From: Candidatus Binataceae bacterium
GTDB lineage: Bacteria; Desulfobacterota; Binatia; Binatales; Binataceae
Assembly: GCA_041491005.1 (NCBI GenBank)
Contig: JBGPUE010000010.1
Coordinates: 178-64,177, forward strand
Reading direction: 5' to 3'
DNA: 64,000 bases
The position numbers and the translations under genes are program-made. Every line of letters starts with the position of its first letter. Positions within the stretch are counted from its first letter, which is position 1. Below the pieces are notes generated by a model, which was given only the letters and a program-made list of their open reading frames with translations, was not told where the DNA came from and ran no database searches. This document shows positions 62,901-64,000 of the stretch, piece after piece.

Positions 62901-64000
62901 CTAGAAAAGCCTGCCGGTCATCATTGCGAGCTGTTCAACAATCGGGCCGAGCGCGAGTGCCGGAAAGAAGGTCAGCGCGCCCACGATCACGACAACGGAA
63001 ACCAGCAGTACCACGAAGGTCGCACCGTTGGTGGGAAAAGTCCCGGCGCTCGGCGCCGCGATTTTCTTGCCGGCCAGCGAACCCGCGATCGCCAGCGCGG
63101 GAATCGCCATCATGAAGCGGCCGGAGAGCATCGTGATTCCGAGGGTCACGTTGTAGAAGGTCGTGTTGGCGTTGAGCCCCGCGAACGCCGACCCGTTATT
63201 TGCCACTGCCGATGAGAATGCATAGAGAATTTCCGAAAAGCCATGCGGCCCCATATTGGCGCGGCTCGCAAGCCCCGCCTCGGTGACGCTTGCGGCGGCT
63301 GCGGGCAGCAGGATAAGCGCGGGGAAGATCAGCACGTAGAGCATCACCAGCTTCATCTCGCGCGCCTGAATCTTCTTACCCAGGTATTCTGGCGTGCGGC
63401 CCACCATCAGCCCTGCGATGAAGACCGCGAGCACCGCCATCACGAGCATCCCGTACAAGCCCGATCCCACGCCGCCAAAAACCACTTCGCCCAGATGCAG
63501 GTTCACCAGCGCCATCAGCCCGCCCAATGGCGTGAAGCTGTCATGCATCGAGTTAACCGAGCCGTTGGAGGCCGCGGTCGTGGCCGTCTCCCAAATCCCG
63601 GAGCTGACGATGCCGAAGCGGACTTCCTTGCCCTCCATGTTGCCACCGCTTTGACCGCCGGTGGCTGCCTGATTGATTCCCATGCTCGCGAACTGCGGGT
63701 TGCCATGCTGCTCCGACCAGACCGCGGGCACGAGCGTCATCACATAGAGCACGGCCATCGCGGCAAACAACGCCCATCCTTGCCGCATGTCGCCGGCCAT
63801 CTTGCCGAACGTCAAAGTGAGCGCTCCGCCGAGCGCCAGGATTGCCAGCATCTCGATCAGATTTGTCAGCCTGGTCGGATTCTCGTACGGATGCGCCGAG
63901 TTGGCGTTGAAGAAGCCGCCGCCGTTGGTGCCGAGCTGTTTGATTGCGATTTGCGACGCGACGGGGCCCTGCGGGATGGTCTGCGCAGCGCCTTCGAGCG
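62901..64000 (-). CDS. kdpA: Potassium-transporting ATPase subunit A (5' end outside the window)
   Basis: The frame stays open to the window edge. The translation upstream of the listed Met reads ..[33 protein letters not shown].., the conserved KdpA selectivity-filter-like region. The stop is 6 nt before the kdpB start. Confidence 0.9.
   Translation of the reverse strand, partial: LEGAAQTIPQGPVASQIAIKQLGTNGGGFFNANSAHPYENPTRLTNLIEMLAILALGGALTLTFGKMAGDMRQGWALFAAMAVLYVMTLVPAVWSEQHGNPQFASMGINQAATGGQSGGNMEGKEVRFGIVSSGIWETATTAASNGSVNSMHDSFTPLGGLMALVNLHLGEVVFGGVGSGLYGMLVMAVLAVFIAGLMVGRTPEYLGKKIQAREMKLVMLYVLIFPALILLPAAAASVTEAGLASRANMGPHGFSEILYAFSSAVANNGSAFAGLNANTTFYNVTLGITMLSGRFMMAIPALAIAGSLAGKKIAAPSAGTFPTNGATFVVLLVSVVVIVGALTFFPALALGPIVEQLAMMTGRLF

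Noticed and set aside
1-64000. A search for CRISPR arrays, tRNA/rRNA genes, intact IS elements, toxin-antitoxin pairs and long direct repeats.
   Set aside because: Reading both strands, I saw no regularly spaced repeats, no tRNA-like T-arm/anticodon structures and no intact transposase. Only the recombinase relic and the GHKL remnant hint at past mobile DNA.

Overview
This is a high-GC, densely coding bacterial chromosomal segment. I saw no rRNA, tRNA, CRISPR array or intact IS. The phylum cannot be assigned from the sequence alone.

- **0-17.8 kb:** a surface-glycan cluster (a tandem GT2 enzyme, a 1406-aa methyltransferase/coiled-coil/GT/GT/methyltransferase fusion, and a paralogous methyltransferase). 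It is followed by a frameshifted serine-recombinase relic, a 2954-aa cyclic beta-1,2-glucan synthase and an RRM RNA-binding protein.
- **18-34 kb:** mixed redox and hydrolase genes (bicupin, two SDRs, epoxide hydrolase, amidohydrolase, SnoaL-like, diiron desaturase-like, LMW phosphatase, AKR), then mgtA, an ACAD-like monooxygenase, prs and pssA.
- **34-41 kb (most interesting):** a compact island containing an HPF/cold-shock-domain fusion, archease-RtcB, two USPs, a 66-aa orphan ORF, Hsp20, a DksA-like factor and an overlapping hydrolase + phosphoribosyltransferase pair. Its intergenic gaps repeatedly carry correctly spaced sigma-54 (-24/-12) promoter matches, and there is no activator gene inside the island.
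- **41-48 kb:** a LysM-L,D-transpeptidase with a MepK-like endopeptidase, then NAD-type formate dehydrogenase fdsGBA.
- **48-56 kb:** a catabolic block that includes a GHKL-ATPase / enoyl-CoA-hydratase chimeric pseudogene scar.
- **56-64 kb:** kdpABC (kdpA runs off the window) with a split KdpD (N-terminal domain only), a separate histidine kinase and a sigma-54-dependent response regulator.
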